22,042 bases of DNA, from assembly GCA_049472335.1 (NCBI GenBank), contig JBLIRO010000076.1, positions 1 to 22,042 on the forward strand, given 5' to 3'. The notes under the pieces were generated by a model. The model did not search any database and was not told where the DNA came from. It saw only the letters and a program-made list of their open reading frames with translations. The position numbers and the translations under genes were made by a program. Shown in pieces: positions 19,245-22,042 of the stretch. Origin of the DNA: a bacterium (GTDB taxonomy: Bacteria; SZUA-182; DTGQ01; JAFGSM01). Within the stretch, counting starts at the first letter, position 1. The number at the start of each line of letters is the position of its first letter.

Positions 19245-22040
19245 ATGTCACAAGCACCAAACATAATTCATCATGGTGAGTCGGTCATCTCTCTCGAAGA
19301 GGTTAAAGGCTATTCCCAGCCCATTGCAGTAAAGAGGCTCGTTAAGCCCCATCCTTCTCAGCGGAGTCTGGGAATCCTGCAAAACGAATATGATGTCACC
19401 CGGTCTCTCCAGCACATAAAGGGCGTCAGAAAGGTTTTGGGCCGTGAAGAATTCGAGGGCAAACCCGCCCTTATCCTTGAGTATATAGAGGGCCAGACCA
19501 TCGAGAAATATACAGCCAGCACACAGCCCGATATTAGGTCCAAATTGAAGCTGGCCCTCTCCATAGCAGCCATCCTGTCGGAAATCCATGGGCAGAATAT
19601 AATTCACCAGGACGTTAATAGCAGAAACATCCTGGTATCTTCCGAAGGCGAAAAAGTCTATATATGTGATTTCGGGATTGCCATTCGGATCGAAGGCCAA
19701 ACGGATATCAAGACCCGGCCTGAAGAGATTTTAGGGACATTGCCATATATCTCTCCGGAACAAACCGGACGGCTGGACCGGGTCGTGGATGAGCGCTCAG
19801 ATTTGTATTCTTTGGGAGTTGTTTTATATGAGCTTCTGACCGGCCAACTGCCTTTTAGCGCTGAAACGCCCATGGAAATGATTCATCAGCATATTGCAAA
19901 GATGCCGGTACAGCCGGCCATCATTAATCCAAAGGTCCCTGAAGTTCTAAGCTCCATCATCCTGAAACTGCTTGCCAAGGACCCGGAGGACCGTTATCAA
20001 ACCGCTCACGGGGTGATGGTTGACCTGGAACACTGTCTCAGCAGCTTACAAAAGGATGGAGCGATCCCTGCCTTTTCCATTGCGCAGGATGATATTAGCG
20101 TAAGGTTTCGAATTCCCCTGAAGCTTTATGGCAGGGAGTCTGAAATGAAGTCCCTGCAAGAGGCATTTGAGAGGGCCAGAAGTGGTGAACCGGGGCTGGC
20201 CCTGGTAACCGGCCATGCCGGCACCGGGAAGACAGCACTGGTAGAGGGACTCAAACAACAGGTTGCGGAACAGGCAGGTTTTTTTATAGAGGGCAAATTC
20301 GATCAATACCTGCAGAGCACCCCTTATATGGCTATATCACAGGCCTTTGAAGGATTTGCATCCTTCATACTGGCGGAACCCGAAGATCGATTCAATAGGT
20401 GGAGGAACACGATATTATCCGCCATGGGAGGTATGGGCAAAGCCATTTCGGAGCTCATCCCCAGCCTGGGGCTCATCATAGGCCCTCAGCCCGATATTCC
20501 CCCTTTGGCAGAACAGGATGCGGAGAAGCTCCTTCATTATACCTTCTTGAAATTTATCCGCGCAGTTGCCACGCCTGAGCACCCGCTCTTGCTGTTTCTC
20601 GATGACTTACAGTGGATCGATCCCGCATCTTTGAATCTCTTAAAAGCGATTGCATTGGATGCTGAAATGTGTTCATTACTCGTTATCGGGGCATACCGGG
20701 ATAACGGTGTGGGTGGGCCCCAGTCATTGATGCCTCTGTTAGATGATCTGATGAAAGAAGAGAAGGATGTGCTTACCCTGAGGCTTAACAATCTGCAGGA
20801 GCATCACTGGGAAGATCTATTAACGGACACACTGAAGACAAGAAAAGAGGTGGCCGAGCTGGCCAGGCTTCTGTATGAAAAAACCAACGGCAATCCCTTT
20901 TTCACCCGGAGGCTGCTGAAAAAACTTAAGGAAGAGGAGCAGTTTGTCTTTGACACTACTGAGCGGAGATGGACATATGCAATTGATGCCATTTCCAGCC
21001 AGCCCATCTCAGACAATGTTGCTGAGCTGCTTTCGGAGAGGATACGGAGACTTCCTGTTGAGACCCGGCAAATCCTGAAGCTGGCGGCATATATCGGAAA
21101 CCGGTTTGACCTCTCAACCCTCTCCCTCATCTCTGAGCAGCCGGAAGAGGCCATCAAAAGGGCCCTGATACCCGCCCTTCCAGAGAAGATTATCATCACC
21201 TCAGGCCAGACCTATCTTTTTGGGCATGACCTGATCCAGGAGACAGCCTATCAGCTCGCCACTGAAGGGGAAAAGGATGCGCTTCATTTACACATCGGGC
21301 GTGCGCTGTTAAATCACTGGTCAGGGGAGCAGATTCTCGAAGATATCTTTATACTGGCTGATCACCTAAACGCCGGGCAATCCCTTATCCAAAAGGAGGA
21401 AGAAAGAATAAATTTGGCAACCGTGAACCTTCAGGCCGGAACAAAGGCAAAAGAGACAGGGGCCTTTGTTGCGGCAAGGGATTATTTTCTGAAGGGGGTC
21501 CGGAATCTGCCGGCAGACTCATGGGAGACCAATTACAGGCTTACGTTTGAGCTAAACAAAGAGCTTGCGGGAGCCGAATTTATAAACGGGGATCCTGTAA
21601 AATCTCAGGAGTTGATTAATGAAACTCTCTCCAGGACAAAACTGCCTGTTGAAAAAGCAGCGCTGTACAACATGCTTATCCTGATCCATACCTTGAAAGC
21701 CGAATACGAAAAGGCTAAGTATGCGGGCAAACATGCCTTAAAACTTTTAGGTCTCCGGTTGCCTGAGGATAACCTGGAAGCGATAATAGAAGAAGAAATC
21801 GTTGATGTTAAACAGGGATTGCAAAACAGGTCCCTGGCATCACTGCTGGATACACCGGGCATTTCAGATCCTGACAAAAGGCAGACGGGCTTGTTGCTTG
21901 GCAACATGATTGGGCCATGTTTTTTATCTGGCGATCTATTTCGTGCTGAAGTTTTTTTCCCAACAATGGCAGCAACGCCTCATCTTCCGGCAGGACCTGG
22001 CATAAAAGCGATATGTGGGGTATCTATTTCCATAACCTGA
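19245..22040 (+). CDS. Ser/Thr protein kinase-AAA ATPase (COG3899-type) multidomain sensor, probably C-terminally truncated
   Basis: 931 aa. Kinase domain (AVK, IHQDVNSRN, DFG, GTLPYISPEQTGR, SDLYSLG), ATPase (LYGRESE, GHAGTGKT, LLLFLDDLQWID, GNPFF) and a helical region. The GAF/His-kinase output usual for this family is absent and the last ~35 aa look non-homologous. Confidence 0.88.
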   Translation: MSQAPNIIHHGESVISLEEVKGYSQPIAVKRLVKPHPSQRSLGILQNEYDVTRSLQHIKGVRKVLGREEFEGKPALILEYIEGQTIEKYTASTQPDIRSKLKLALSIAAILSEIHGQNIIHQDVNSRNILVSSEGEKVYICDFGIAIRIEGQTDIKTRPEEILGTLPYISPEQTGRLDRVVDERSDLYSLGVVLYELLTGQLPFSAETPMEMIHQHIAKMPVQPAIINPKVPEVLSSIILKLLAKDPEDRYQTAHGVMVDLEHCLSSLQKDGAIPAFSIAQDDISVRFRIPLKLYGRESEMKSLQEAFERARSGEPGLALVTGHAGTGKTALVEGLKQQVAEQAGFFIEGKFDQYLQSTPYMAISQAFEGFASFILAEPEDRFNRWRNTILSAMGGMGKAISELIPSLGLIIGPQPDIPPLAEQDAEKLLHYTFLKFIRAVATPEHPLLLFLDDLQWIDPASLNLLKAIALDAEMCSLLVIGAYRDNGVGGPQSLMPLLDDLMKEEKDVLTLRLNNLQEHHWEDLLTDTLKTRKEVAELARLLYEKTNGNPFFTRRLLKKLKEEEQFVFDTTERRWTYAIDAISSQPISDNVAELLSERIRRLPVETRQILKLAAYIGNRFDLSTLSLISEQPEEAIKRALIPALPEKIIITSGQTYLFGHDLIQETAYQLATEGEKDALHLHIGRALLNHWSGEQILEDIFILADHLNAGQSLIQKEEERINLATVNLQAGTKAKETGAFVAARDYFLKGVRNLPADSWETNYRLTFELNKELAGAEFINGDPVKSQELINETLSRTKLPVEKAALYNMLILIHTLKAEYEKAKYAGKHALKLLGLRLPEDNLEAIIEEEIVDVKQGLQNRSLASLLDTPGISDPDKRQTGLLLGNMIGPCFLSGDLFRAEVFFPTMAATPHLPAGPGIKAICGVSISIT

Positions 22041-22042
22041 TC

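Noticed and set aside
19590..19630. HQDVNSRN instead of HRDLKPxN as evidence for a pseudokinase
   Set aside because: The catalytic Asp and Asn, the VAxK-type Lys and DFG are present, and HxDIN-type loops are usual in this kinase-ATPase family.
19248..21907. Minus-strand ORFs within the kinase-ATPase gene
   Set aside because: Antisense shadows with no independent support.

Overview
A 22-kb chromosomal window from a diderm, LPS-making bacterium; the gene content looks Deltaproteobacteria-like or from an uncultured lineage, which is inference only. From the left, on the minus strand: a PEP-synthase/PPDK regulatory kinase-pyrophosphorylase, a 57-aa small ORF missed by the ORF track, a DgkA-family kinase and a hypothetical protein resembling a HEPN-type protein with a degenerate catalytic motif. 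Next is a three-gene cell-surface cluster: a 1946-aa acidic secreted repeat protein, a PorV/FadL-like outer-membrane barrel and a 206-aa aromatic-rich secreted protein. After that come housekeeping genes pheA-hldE-msbA and an AT-rich accessory patch (AAA+ DUF4143 ATPase, EreA/ChaN-like protein, TumA/TumE-like toxin-antitoxin pair). The window ends with a Ser/Thr kinase-AAA ATPase sensor gene that appears truncated. The best candidate for an undescribed system is the surface cluster at 2598-11086. It has an unnamed ~150-aa domain repeated three times, about 21 DPN tripeptides and an acid-free W/Y/P/G/S C-terminal tail. Both secreted genes have an orphan strong Shine-Dalgarno/micro-ORF leader upstream and a long strand-specific hairpin downstream. 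No rRNA, tRNA, CRISPR array, transposase, integrase or reverse transcriptase was recognised. All calls come from reading the sequence by eye; no database searches were run.
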